A DNA stretch of 64,000 nt, taken from contig CDRNST010000038.1 of the NCBI GenBank assembly GCA_977016875.1, positions 3,100,001 through 3,164,000 on the forward strand. The letters are read 5' to 3'. The notes under the pieces were generated by a model, which was not told the DNA's origin, did no database searches, and worked only from the letters and a program-made list of their open reading frames with translations. This document shows, piece by piece, positions 42,701 to 55,071 of the stretch. The stretch's first letter is position 1. Every line of letters starts with the position of its first letter. This DNA is from Pavona decussata (Eukaryota). Made by a program: the position numbers and the translations under genes.

Positions 42701-45700
42701 AAACTCCACCCACAAATGGCTCGGAGTCCGGAAATCGAACCCGCGCCACATTGGTGGGAGGGAAATGTTCTCACCACTGCGCCATTCTTTCTCCCCTAAA
42801 ATATCAGATGATGACAATACCATGGCATCACCCTTTCGACCTCCTTAGGATTAAAGACTAAGTCAACATTTTATTGTAATTTTGCAACTTCCCTTCACGT
42901 AATTCTAGATATAAGGTGTTCGAGTGTAGTCCATGCTGAAAGTGACAATTTGACAATTTGTTTGAAATGGATCTCCAAACAAAAAAAAAAACAAAAACAA
43001 ACAAAAACAAACAGAGAATCTGATTTCCGTTCGAGATCGATAGCCTGGATGTAATTTATTTATTTTCTTTCTTTCGTTAAGAAATTTATTTTTTCTTTCT
43101 TAGACATGAAGGTACTTTCCTTGGTTTCTTCTGGATGTTGATTGGTACACTCGATGCGGACGATATTGCCGTTAATGATCCCGCCTTTTCCACTACCCAG
43201 ACCTTCGGCAGAATCTACATCTCATTCTACATTATTTGCATGGTGATCGTGGCTCTTAGCATGCTGGTCGCCATGATGAACGCCTCCTTTGAGAAAATCA
43301 TGGTAAGTTTCAAAACTCTGAAGGGGACATTCAGATTTTTAGGAAGGCCTCTTGTAAGAACTCTCCGTTACAAGGAATTTTACCGAATGTGAAGCACACG
43401 AACTACTCCTTGAGGAGAAATGCTTTTATATACCCTAAGGTAAACACTGGACGCTTCAAAATATCGTTTGTCGATAGATCAGACTCGCATTTCAGTATGT
43501 CTTTGAGAACTTGTAACAAATAATAGATGAGGTAGATGGGTTTCGGATTTTTATACATTTTATTATTATATAGCTGAACTGGTCCGCGATGAAAAGGAGC
43601 ATTTTAATTGGCTCCCTGAGCGGTCCGAATTTTCCTATACGGACCGCTAAGATGGACCGCTAGCGTTAAGTGTTTCGTGGTTACTGTTTCAGTTTTGACA
43701 ACGCAAAGTAAAAACTGTTTCCAATTAACTTAATACAGTAAGAACTGTCGGTTTAAATCGTGATGTCGGAGTTTTACTCCAAGAGCACTGACGAAGGAAC
43801 GAAAACAAGCTCTGAAAACAACAAACTCGACGAAAAAACCAAAGAAGATTCCGTTGACAAGGCCTCAGAGTACCGCGACTTCATTGAGCAACAGCAGGCC
43901 AGAAGCACTACAGAGAAAACCAAATCTGACCTTAAAATATGGGGAAAATTTTGCCACCAACGGAACGAGTTCAGGAATATTGAGGCAATACCCTAGGTGG
44001 AACTTAATCTGCTGCTCTGCGCTTTTTTTAAAGATGTAAGAAAGAAAAATGGCGACGAATACGAACCTGGAACTCTGACTTGCCTGCAACGAAGCATCCA
44101 GCGTTATCTTAATACCCACGGGTCACAAGCCAATCTCATTCAAGGTGACGAATTCAAGCTATCCCGAGAAGTCCTCAGTGCAAAAAGAAAACAGCTTGTC
44201 GTGGAGAGAGGGAAAGGCAATCGTCCACAAGCAAGCCGAGAAGTCACCGCTGTTGAAGAAGACAAGCTCTTTGCCGAAGGAGAATTTGGCGAGCACAACC
44301 CGGTTGCTCTACAGCGCACAGTTTGGTGGCTCCTGGCTTTACATTTTGGCTTTAGAGCAAGAGATGAAAGTAGAAGGCTTCAGTGGGGCGACGTCAGCCT
44401 TGAAACTGACCCGGACACAGGCAATGAAATGCTGGTCTGGAAAGCTGAGAGAGGCTCGAAGACGCGCCAGGGGCAGGACAAAGCAAGCGGTCACCGAGCA
44501 TTTTATCCTACTGCTCAAGCTACTGATAACGAGCGATGTCCAGTCAAGTACTATAAGCTGTTCAGAAGTCACAGGCCCATCGAGATGAATCAACCAGAGG
44601 CACCATTCTACTTGGCCGTAAAACATCAAAGAAAGGCTACTGACGCAGTGTGGTACAAGAAAAGTCCGCTTGGCAAGAATGAAATCGGGAAGCTACTCAC
44701 CAAAGCTGCCCAAAATGCTGGTTTGCCAGGACGCGTTACCAATCACTCGGTTCGAAAGACCTGCATTTCACGATTGCTGGATTCAGATGTTCCTGAAAAT
44801 TACGTGGCCCAACTGAGTGGACATCGAAATCTGAAAAGCTTGGATTCCTACAAATCGGCTTCCATTCAGCATCAACGAAGAATGTCGTTAGCCCTCAGTC
44901 GCTCATCAACAACCACAAGCGAGCTCCAAGCAGTTGGCAATACACAGGCAACAACTACAGTGGAAAGTACCAGTATGACGACCACAAAAGAAGCCGGATC
45001 GGCTATTTTTCAAGGAGCAAATTTCCAAAACTGCTCGTTTAACATCCAGATTACGAATCATGATCAGCCACCGCTTCGCAAGCGCCGAGCCATTTTAAGT
45101 GACGATGAAGACGATTGAAATGCAATTTTGACTACAAAAGCTTCAATTTCATCTATTTTCATTCATTCCATAGTAAGTCTTTCTCAAAAGTTGACACTTT
45201 TAAACATTCAACACGTTTAAGAAATGCATTTTCTTCGGAATCTCAAATGAGCTAAATTTTCATTTTTCGAACTTTTTCACTTCGATTGACGAGACATGTC
45301 AAACTTTCGCGTCAAACCTTGACCAATAAAAAGTCGCCTTTTCGTGCGCGAGCCAATCAGAATTATTCCACGTGGTTTTTGTTTGTGAGTACGCGTCAGC
45401 ATTGAGAAGGCTTTCTTGCACTTTTTCTCGCACAACTTGATTATAAACAAGTTTCACGCGGATTAGAAAGCAACAAGCGGGAAAGCCTATATAATAAAAA
45501 CCTTATTGAACTAGCTTGTTCGGTCCGTATTGGGAAAATATTGGTCTCGTCCTTTTTTTGCAAGTTTATGGACCTCGCCTTCGGCTCGGTCCATAAACTT
45601 GCAAAAAAAGGAACTCGACCAATATTTTCCCAATACGGACCTCACGCTAGCTCAATAACATATATATATATATTTTAATCTATTTTTATTGTTGTTATTT

Positions 45701-45747
45701 GTAACTTAAGATATGTACTTTTATCTTTTGAAAATCATTAAAGACTT

Positions 45748-45788
<41 letters not shown>

Positions 45789-48700
45789 TATCATTATTAT
45801 GTATGACCAAGAGCACATAACAGGACGGCTGACTTTCACTCCCTTCAAAGGGGAGCTCCACATGCAATTCCTTTTTAATAGCATTTATATACATGCAAGT
45901 CTGCTTATTGTACGAGCGTAATAACGATACAAATTCCTCAAGTGTTAACGCGAAATATTTCAGTGAGCGCTTAAAGGAGCGTGTTTACAAATATGCGCTG
46001 CGAATGGCGAATGAATTACATAAGTCCAACACAAAATGTTCAAAACAATACACCATTTCCGAGTTGCTTTGAACCTCATCGCGAAAGCGATGCTAAGTGC
46101 AAAGTTTTTGTTATGAAAATTAGTTTTCATTCATATGCAAACAGAACTAATTTTCATATGAAAAGTTTTGCACTTAGCCTCGCTTTCATAGTGAGGTTCA
46201 CAGCAACTCGGAAATGGCCTCTTCATAGCTCTGTGAATATTTCCCCTACAGAAATAAATAAAAAACTTCTGAAGTGCACGCACTTTGTTGGCTTAAAAAG
46301 CGAGATTTCTTCACAAATCTTTTAGGAAGATGCTGATGTAGAGTGGAAGTTTTCAAGAACACAGATGTGGCTGGAATGGATAGACAATGGCAATGTCCTC
46401 CCCTCCCCTCTGAGTAATGTTTTGCTCGTTTTGATTCCCGTGGTTATTTTCCGTTGGATATATGACCGTTGTTCAGGACTTACGGTTAGTTTGATTATTT
46501 CATTTGTGTTTAACCGACTTTAGAGCGGTTTTCGTTAATTTTGAGCGTCGCAAAACAAAAACCAAATAACAACTGACCAAATACAACTGACGAAAACACC
46601 GCAGTGAGCCAGTCAAAACTGGAAGCAAAGCCCAAAGCGCGAGAATACGCCCCCGAGGGAGTCACGGTTGGTTTCGCTTTTGCTTCTGATTGGCTGTGAA
46701 AGTGGCGCGACTTTTGCCAACCAATCACAGAGCGCAGAAAAGCAAAACCAAAATCAATGCAAAATTACTTTCCACGTTCAATTAAAAATCTATTTTATGC
46801 CTTAAACTCTTCATATAAAGAAACTGTCGCTTATATCAAAATTGCTAATAAACTTCAGTATTCTCAGTTCTTTCATCATGCTACGTATACTACAAAGTAA
46901 CGATTTTCCTTCCGAGTAAGTCTTCAAGGGTGGCACTTAGTTTTAGAACGGCCATTTGGTGAGGGATAAACACTGACGCTTTCGCCTTTTTATCTCGGTC
47001 ATTGTTTTTTAGTTATTCTGAGTAGTTTATTTGGCCAAATTGCAAATTCATATCGAAGTGCTCTGTGATCTCTTTGAAGTCTGCAAGTGTGACATTGTAA
47101 ATGGTTGTTTGTTGTTGCCAAAGGAAATTGAACATAAAGGTTCGTCCTAATTTTTCAGTACTTTGATCTAGATTATTTTCATGAACTTTATACCTTATAG
47201 AAGAAAACAAGTTATACTCCACCTGAAAACGCGTCAGAGAGGAGGACAACTAAGACAACAGTGCAAGCGTCAAGTTCACCAGTAGAGATGACGCCCATTG
47301 CGCATGACCCAACGGTAAGCATACAAAATTCGTGATCTAAGCATTAGACACGGCAAATGAATTATTTCCTTGTGGCGTCCGTAAACTACAGTTGAGGGGC
47401 GATCTCAGAACTCAGAGCATGTCGCCGGGGAAAGGGCCGGGGTTGGGGGGGGGAAGAGGGTTTTTTTTTTCACCATGACACAAACAAGGTTTAGTCTAGT
47501 AGCATCACAATTCTGAACGGCCACAAAAAGAGCACCGATAAAATTTGCCACGTTGCTGTTGCAAACTCACTGTAAGAGAAACTTCGGTACCTGTTCGTTA
47601 AGGGTTTGTTATTTTAGACTTCGATTGTTAAGTTAAGTTCAGCTCAGGAACATGTTAATCTAAAGACTTTTCTTAATGCATGCTGTTCAAATGTGAGGGC
47701 CACAATAACATTCATGCGCTATATATGTTAGAATTAAAAAAGAAAACGTGTTTTTGAGTCGATGTAATAAGTGTAATTTATATCATTCTTGACAATTTTG
47801 ATGCATTTCCAGCAATTTCTGAACACTTATATTTTATAAACTCGAAAAACCGCTCCGCGGGCCCTGCTTCATCATAGCAAAAATGAAACATTCGAAAAGA
47901 TTTGTTTGCTATCAAAGCGCAGAATAGAGACCCGAATTTACCGAATGTTACTTCTCTAGTAATGTAATAATGGGTATTATAAAAGAACATTACCTGCGGA
48001 TCAGACTTACTTCCGTTTTCTCTGAATATCTTTTTGGGGAAAAGGAAATCTTTACAGTTTGGTAGAAGTGGAAGAAGGGGTGAATTAGCCTTAAAAATTT
48101 GGCCTCAACGCGTTCAACTCATGACTTGAAATCTAGAGGTTTTTTGACAAACGATTTGGATTTTCCCATTCAAACATTGTATTTTCTACCATGTCCTATT
48201 TTCCAAATCCTCTTTTCCTCAATCTTAAGACCCCCCTCCTCTCTTTTTTATTTGTGGGAAGAGGGGGGGGGGGGGGGGGGTGAGGAGGGGATATTCTATG
48301 TATTCTGAAAAAAGGATTGCATTGAAAAATCTATAATGTATCTGTTGCCCAGTAACGAAAAATATCCAAATGACCAAAGCAAAAGAATAGAGTTCTTGTT
48401 AATGTTTTAGAAGAAAAATATATTTAATTTTTCGAAGTATTGTGATTTTAGAATATCTGGAATATATCCCCAAAAAAGCGCCCTTAATCATGCTAACTCA
48501 CGTTGTTCTTTGTTCCTTGAAATAAGGACGAAGACGATATCACAGGCAACAAATATCATGATCACCAAACGGTAAGAAGGGATGCTTTCTTATCTTCTTA
48601 AAGTTTTAGTCTAATCCCTCGATTTGCTATTTAATTTGGTTCTACAAAGGCATGTGACATTCTCTATGATATGACAGCACATTGTATTTTTGCGTTCAAC

Positions 48701-51614
48701 GTAGAAAGAACGCACTCCTAATAAAGACTGGAATCTAGATTGTTTGGGACAATCAATCAACGGATGAATGGATCTTGGGACGTGTATCTGGCATCCCCCG
48801 CAGATTTTGCAGGGGCGGATGACATCATCAGCAACTTGGCAAGGGAGAGAGAGAGAGCCTGGTGATATCAAACGCACTCCCTATTACTAGTTAAAAATGA
48901 GAGTCGGGTTTTCAATACCGACAAAAGTATCAAGCACTGCGGGAGTGAGCCAACTACACAGTCAATTCATGCCGATGGGTGTATCGTGATCCAGCGAGTC
49001 CTTCATTTTGTTTGAAACCACATCATAAAGCGGTGTTGTCGTCTTAAATGCCGTTTACTGCGAGAAGATTTATACAACCATATTTGTAGAGGTTACTGAA
49101 GTAACCGAGGCAAAAGGATAACAAAGAGATCGTTTTCTGAAGTTTCCCGGCTTTCGAACAAGTACAATGTACCCCTCAAGAAACTATGATACTACCAGAG
49201 CTAATTACAAGGACGATATCCTGAGCAAAATATCTAAACAGCTGTCAAGTTGTAATTTCATGTTGGTGGTTGAGTAAAATTAAGAGATAAAAAGCATCGT
49301 TTTGCAAAGAACAATATCCAAGTGCCCTTCGGAAGACGAAGCAAAACCTTCCACTTTCAAGAGGGGATGCTCATTTAAGCCAATAAGCTACGATGGAGAC
49401 TTTCCAATGAGCCCTAAAGCCGGATCGTACACTAGGTTAATATGCGTTCGCCTCTTTTATACAATTAGGAATCAGTGATGTTATCTTGCACCTTAAGCCG
49501 GATTAGGACTTGGACTCAATAGGCCTTATCACGGTTTTCGACGCCATTTTGACGAGTGGGCAAACACGTCTGAAATAACAGTGTTTGTAGGGAAATCCGA
49601 TGTCAAATAATTTTCATAAAACACCGCTTTTGAAAAACTCATGAATTGGAAACTTTTAGCACTAGTAAAAGGACTTTAAGAAAAAACTGAAATTTGGAGG
49701 GATGTAGCTGTGCCAGAAAGCGTCCAGTCGTGTTTTGAACTTTCCATACATTTGTCTGTATTTTTTTCCCGGAACTATTTTTAATAGCAGTTCACGGCTG
49801 GTTCGCTATACAGAAAAATCTATGGAAAATTCAAAACACGACTGGACGCTTTCTAGCACAGCTACATCCCTCCAATTTTTTCTTAAAATCCTTTTTTTAG
49901 CGCTAAGAGTTTCCAATTCATGAATTTTTCAGAAGCGATGTTTTATGAAAGTTATTTGACATCGGATTTCTATACAAACACTGTTATTTCAGACGTGTTT
50001 GCCTACTCGTCAAAATGGCGTCGAAAACCGTGATAAGGCCTATTAATCCCAAGAGACGGGTAAACTCGTTCAAAATGTAAAAACCTGCGCGGTTTGAAAA
50101 GACGCCCATAGGCACAAGTCAGATAGACAACAATCGGCAAAACCAAGTGAAGACCAAGAAACAACAAGTTCATGAACACAAAGGGAAAGGATAGACTGTA
50201 TTGTAAGAACAGTTTTAATCGGGGACCAATAATATCAGAGACACAACTTCAAAGTAATCATTGTATTGTTTCCCGCTAGTTTGACTTTACATTCTCAAAC
50301 TCATTAATAATTCAAACGCCAAAGACAAAGGAAATCATGTACCGTGACGTGTTTGGATATCTGATGAAAAACTCCTCGTGTTTGCATCCTTAATTTCTCC
50401 TTCAAAATCAGTTTGTTTGAGAAGTTATATCAAACACTCGTTACAGTGTTTCATCACAATATCAAAAACCTCGAAGTTCGTCAAAAATACTCCGCTACGC
50501 GTCGTATTTTCAACTCTCTTCTCGGTGTTTGATATGTGATGAAACACTCTCCGTCGTGTTTGATATATTACGTAAAGTACAAGATTAAAATCCTCAGATT
50601 TCCCTGCGAGTTGTGTGTTCTGTATCGAACCATATACAAGTCCGAAAAAAAAAAGTGGGAACCGTTTTTAGTGTTGCGTAGTTTTTCGCGAGAATAGTTG
50701 TTAAGTGATGCTTAGTCGTGACCCATTTAGCTAGCCACGACCGTCCCCTGTAGCTCAATGGACCCTTCTCCAAAATGGCGGACGAAAATTCAAATGAGTT
50801 AAAATTAAAAACGCATACCAGCACTAGAAAAAACACTTTTACTTTAGTAACCCTGCAAAGTTTCAGCATATCAGGTATAATATCAGCTGAGAAAATGTAA
50901 GTTGAAAAATGAAAAATTTACAGACGTTTGTATGACTGGGGGAATGACGTATACCCCCAGTCATACAAACGTCTGTAAATTTGTCAAATTTCATCTTACA
51001 TTTCATGCTGAAACTTTGCAAGGTTACTAAAGTAAAGGTGCTCTTTCCAATGCTGGTATCAGTTTTTCACTCAGTTCAATTTTAACTCATTCAAATATGT
51101 TGCCGCCATTTTGGAGACTGGTCTATTGACAGAAGGCCAGCCACACAGACAGACAGACAGACAGACAGCCTAGAATGTGGAAGATCTCGACCCCAAGTCA
51201 CATGTACTTCCCTGACGAATTTTTTTTTCTTTTAATTACCTTGTTGGTTGCTAATCTACTTAGAAACGGATGGAAACAATGAAGGATCTTGTGGTGAGAT
51301 ACTTAACGAAAAAGATGGAGAACAAGAAGAAAGATATTGAGGTGAAACCGGAAGAGGGAACGCAAGGTAAAGAAAGCAACGACAATGGCAAATCACCAGA
51401 AATGACAGGCCCAAGTAGTGAAACAGCTCCAAGGCACAACCACAGAGGAACAAGACCGTTGATCGTGGACACGTCAAGCACTGCTTTCACTGCAGCGGTT
51501 TTGGCTGATATCCAGAAGAGCGTAAAAGCAATAGATAGCCAGGTGAAGGAACTTCGCGGTGAATTGGCCGGCCTTAAGGCGAACGTACAGGGTGTTAAAG
51601 ACTGTGGGTTTTAA
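39774..51614 (+). CDS. TRPC-like cation channel, 8 exons (39774-40562, 40938-41328, 41618-42089, 43104-43302, 46326-46484, 47201-47314, 48527-48571, 51264-51614), ~839 aa
   Basis: GT-AG junctions all phase-compatible; KRFIASPKCQ, PYSKFINH, WWNVVD, VGPLQLSL..MLKDVLKF, pore FFWMLIG, MLVAMMNASF, TRP box DVEWKFSR, KDLVVRYL. Exons 6-7 are less certain. Confidence 0.88.
42585..42790 (-). mobile_element. tRNA-derived SINE with V-SINE-like central domain
   Basis: Minus strand A box TGGCGCAGTGGTGAG, B box GGTTCGATTTCC, then GGTTTTCCTCCGGGTACTCCGGTTTTCCC. Confidence 0.8.
43558..45665 (+). mobile_element. Crypton-type tyrosine-recombinase DNA transposon in TRP intron 4
   Basis: YR ORF bracketed by inverted TTTTATT(ATT)ATATAG/CTATATAATAAAA and a 156-bp terminal hairpin; outer boundaries approximate. 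Confidence 0.8.
43763..45118 (+). pseudogene. Tyrosine recombinase (DUF3504/ZMYM-KCTD1-like), one in-frame TAG at 43994-43996
   Basis: RKKNGDEYEPGTL; catalytic set GFRARDE (R), SKT (K), NHSVR (HxxR), SGHRN (H), SLDSY (Y). ORFs 43760..43996 and 43997..45118 are in the same frame. Confidence 0.9.
45748..45800. repeat. (ATC)n microsatellite
   Basis: Direct reading. Confidence 0.95.
46047..46223. mobile_element. Palindromic MITE
   Basis: ccatttccgagttgct.tgaacctca...gctaagtgcaaa / tttgcacttagc...tgaggttcacagcaactcggaaatgg. Confidence 0.75.
46520..46793. mobile_element. MITE family copy (also 55236-55501 and 58322-58610)
   Basis: Shared ends (TAGAGCGGTTTTCAAT...ATTGAAAACCGC) and internal ccaatcacagagcg/ctgattgg motifs in three places. 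Confidence 0.7.
49518..50044. mobile_element. Foldback MITE with ~240-bp inverted arms
   Basis: aataggccttatcacggttttcgacgccattttgacgag ... ctcgtcaaaatggcgtcgaaaaccgtgataaggcctatt; spacer ~45 bp. Confidence 0.9.
50337..50575. mobile_element. Short non-autonomous hairpin-ended repeat element
   Basis: agtgtttcatcaca.tatcaaa ... aaaatac-loop-gtatttt ... tttgatatgtgatgaaacact; partial direct copy of the arm at the left end (gatatctgatgaaaaact). Confidence 0.55.
50756..51128. mobile_element. Foldback MITE
   Basis: ctccaaaatggcgg/ccgccattttggag arms; perfect central stem aaatttacagacgtttgtatgactggggg/cccccagtcatacaaacgtctgtaaattt. Confidence 0.85.
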
Positions 51615-52109
51615 TTTGACTTATCTCAAGAGATTATGATCTTCTAACTGATCTTCAGTAACTCGGCACATAGTTTTTTGCCGTCAATTCCATGTAGACT
51701 GTGTCAGCTAGTTGTTGGTAACACGTTGAACGCCGGCGTAGAAGTTACATTTACAGCAATGGACTCTACATATAACACAACCGCCAAGCTTTGTTAAAAG
51801 ACATAATTACGCAAAAAAATAGAGAATGCCGATTTTAAATAACCAATAGTATCAAAGGAGGTATTTAGTTATGTCTTTTGTCCTAGTTTTGACTGCTGTT
51901 TAAAATTCCCTCTCTATTCTAAATGTTTTGCAAAGTCGTAAAGCCAAACCAAAGCAATTACTCTTGCCAATCACAACACACGTAAACAGCGCAGGAGAAT
52001 AAAGAAAATGATCAGCAAAGATGACTGTTTTGATTTTTATGCCTGAAGTTCACCTAATTAGCACCAGTAGAAATATAACGAGAACAGTGGAAAGAATGTA
52101 CTTGTTGAC

Positions 52110-52480
52110 CCTATTCGATCTTGAGAATCCTCTAATCAGATGTTACTAAAAGTTCCAAAGTACAAACACCGTTTGGTATGGGAACCGGGCCTTTAGTGTT
52201 GCCGCGCGTAAACTGTGGAATTCCGTTCCTTATGAATTTATAGAACTGCTGAAAAGCTAAAGCAATTTAACCCTAAACTGAAAACTCATTTGTTTCCTAT
52301 CGCGTATTCTTAACCTTCTGTGGACTTTGAAATTACACTTTTTCAATCATTATTTTCTAATTATAGCTTTTAAACTATTGTCATGACAATTAAGATTTAT
52401 CGATTTCGAACAAAACTTTTTATTAATTTTCAATCATTTCAAAATTTTTTATTTCTTGTTAAGCGCTTTAGAGCCTTAGG
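52110..52480 (+). mobile_element. 3' end fragment of an L2/CR1-group LINE
   Basis: Degenerate MLLKVPK...YGNRAFSVAARKLWNSVP...F..KLKTHLF.IAY* followed by an AT-rich tail. Confidence 0.7.
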
Positions 52481-53339
52481 GAGGAAATACATGCAACAAT
52501 GACAAAAAAAACCCGTCCTAAGAGATTTTAGGAGTTACTGGAGTACGAAATGGCTCTTAATATTTCATGTGTCAACGAATGTTTGCAGAAATGTCTTCTC
52601 GAATTCCTTACAAAGAGAAATTGAACAGCTATTCCGCTTATTCTTTTCCCGGAATACGGTCAATCGAACGCAACCTTAATATAGAGCGCTCTAGAAATAA
52701 TAAATTAGTATTAGTATAAGTATATCGAGGTTTAAAGGGTTAATCAGATTGTATTGACAAGTTGTTATTTTAAGTGCTACAAATAAGTGACAACTAAAAG
52801 TTAAACCGAAATCCAGAGGCATCTGACAATTTAGAATAGAAAAATTAACCTTGATATATAAGCTGTCCATTTGTTTAACTTAATTGCATGACTAGAACTC
52901 TGTAACAGAGCCGAAATATTGTAAAAAAAAATTTTCATTTCAATAAACCAGGTTTTAAAACAATGACAACCATTGTCAAACTCGTTTTCTAAAAGTTAAG
53001 TTGGAGTAATATCTATTTGAGATTAACAAAATTATGTTGAAAATGAATACCACATTATGCATTGTAGATGGTAGATTGTAAAACGGGTTTATTTTGTTTC
53101 TGATACATCTTGGCTTGTGTTTCATTTGACTTGTGAGCCACCAAAACGTTTAGACTTTCCCCCTTCACTTTGATTGGTTGGAAAAATACTTCTATCAAAA
53201 ATGCGACTATGGTAAACAATATTCAAACTTCACCAACACCGAAATTGTATTTAACTCTTTAAAATAATTAAAACTAAGCTGCTTTGAAAACCTGGCCCAA
53301 ACAATACTCTAGCTATGAGAATGATGTATTACTCAGTAA

Positions 53340-53465
53340 ATGACACAGGCGTACTCGGAAAAAAAATCCGAGTGCTCCTATCAGAAGTCGAACCTAAGAC
53401 CTTCTGATTACTAGTTCGGATGCTCTACCACTGAGCTACAGGAGACTAGTGGGAGCTAAGGCCAT
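53340..53465 (-). mobile_element. tRNA-derived SINE head
   Basis: Minus strand A box TAGCTCAGTGGTAGAGC, B box GGTTCGACT; anticodon arm does not pair well. Confidence 0.65.
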
Positions 53466-55071
53466 AATACTCTAGCTAATAAGTTAAAAGATGGACATGT
53501 CACTGCACATTTTGTACCAAAACGCTATTTTCCTTAAAGACTAATTTTTTAAAGTCCATAACACCACACTCTAATCACCCCTACGCTCTCCTTCGGCCGT
53601 TTAAAGACTTTCGACTAGATAAAAGAGATTTGAGCAAGAGGTATCTAATATTGCTTTAATCGATCCACACTGTGAAATTGCAGAAACAGTCCAGAAACTA
53701 TGGGGAGTTCAAACCCTTGGAGGATTGTGGGATAGTATGCCTTTTTCTTTAAAGGGGGGGGGGGGGAGGGGTGGGGGAGAGGGGGTTACTTGATGTTGTA
53801 GCTGGCACGTTATTCTCAGAGACCGTTACAAGTCTCTGTCATTGTGTTGATTCTTAGACATGAAACTTTGCGCCACATTGTCTCTCTTCACACAGGTGTA
53901 TATTACATGGGTACCGCTCACATTCTGCTGGCGATAAAGTTATTAGTAACCCCACGATAAAGTAGCATTTCAGCAAGAGAAGAACAGTAAATTACTGTTT
54001 TATTTTATTATTACTAATTCTCCTAGTATCTTCGCGCTTCGGATAAGCTCCGATCGTGCGTGCGGCTCTAATTTAACCCTTTCACTTTGCTAAAGGTGCG
54101 ATCGTGTGTCTCGTGTGTTGCTATCTATAATGTTGACGACTTCTTTTCACCTCGCCATGATTGGCTTATAAATCAGCTGTACACAGTCAGTAATGGTCTT
54201 ATGGCGTCTCCCATGCATTCCCCCCCCCCCCCCCCTTCCCCTCACAAACGATCTCAGAAATCAAAACGTCCAGATTTATTCCCAGAATCCTTGCAATTTC
54301 TGGAATGCAACTGAATAAAATAAGAATTACCTTACTTTTAACCTACTTCATTTACTCATTTTTGGAAACATACTATTTCTCTGATCTTTAATCAAATAAA
54401 TCTTAAGGATTTCATCCACAATAAAAAACACAGGAGACCATTGGCCACACTTATATAGGTTTTTGAGCACACTAAAAAATTAAGTATTTTGCGCACAGTG
54501 AATTTTCAATTAGAATTGACATTAGTATTGTTAAATACTCTTTAAATAAAGAATCTTAAATAGTTTTGGACATAACAAAGTTACAACTCATACCTAAAAA
54601 CTTAAACATGGACTCGCACTATAAAATAAACGACCCCTGGCCTGGCCAGGGCGGCCAGTTATTTCACTGCAGACACTGAAATGTCAACATCGCATAGTGC
54701 ATGGACAATATTGACAGATAACTCTTCAAATTTGCATCGTGTCAAAAAAGATACTGATTTTCAAAACAAAGCAAGATTTGTTACAGTTAAATTGGAAGAT
54801 TTTCATCCAAAAACCTTCTGACCTCAGCTTGCCTTGTTTTTTTTTTTTGTTTTTTTTTTTGTTTTCATGCCTTGAAAATCGACTCTAGACCTTTCTCATG
54901 CTTCTTTCGCATTCGTCCACTCATCTTTTAACGAGAAGTTGCATTACGTGAGAAAGGAGAGAGAAGATAACTCTTTCTATAGTCCGGGCGCTTGTTTAAG
55001 GCTTCATATTCATTCATCTTTCTTCTCCGTCCCTTAGAGTACATTGGATGTCTCCACAAAGACATTTTGGT

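Noticed and set aside
43994-43996. Programmed stop readthrough in the Crypton recombinase
   Set aside because: A single TAG with no evident readthrough context; a point mutation is simpler.
53380-53450. Functional tRNA gene
   Set aside because: A and B boxes are present but the anticodon arm and acceptor stem pair poorly; fits a SINE head.
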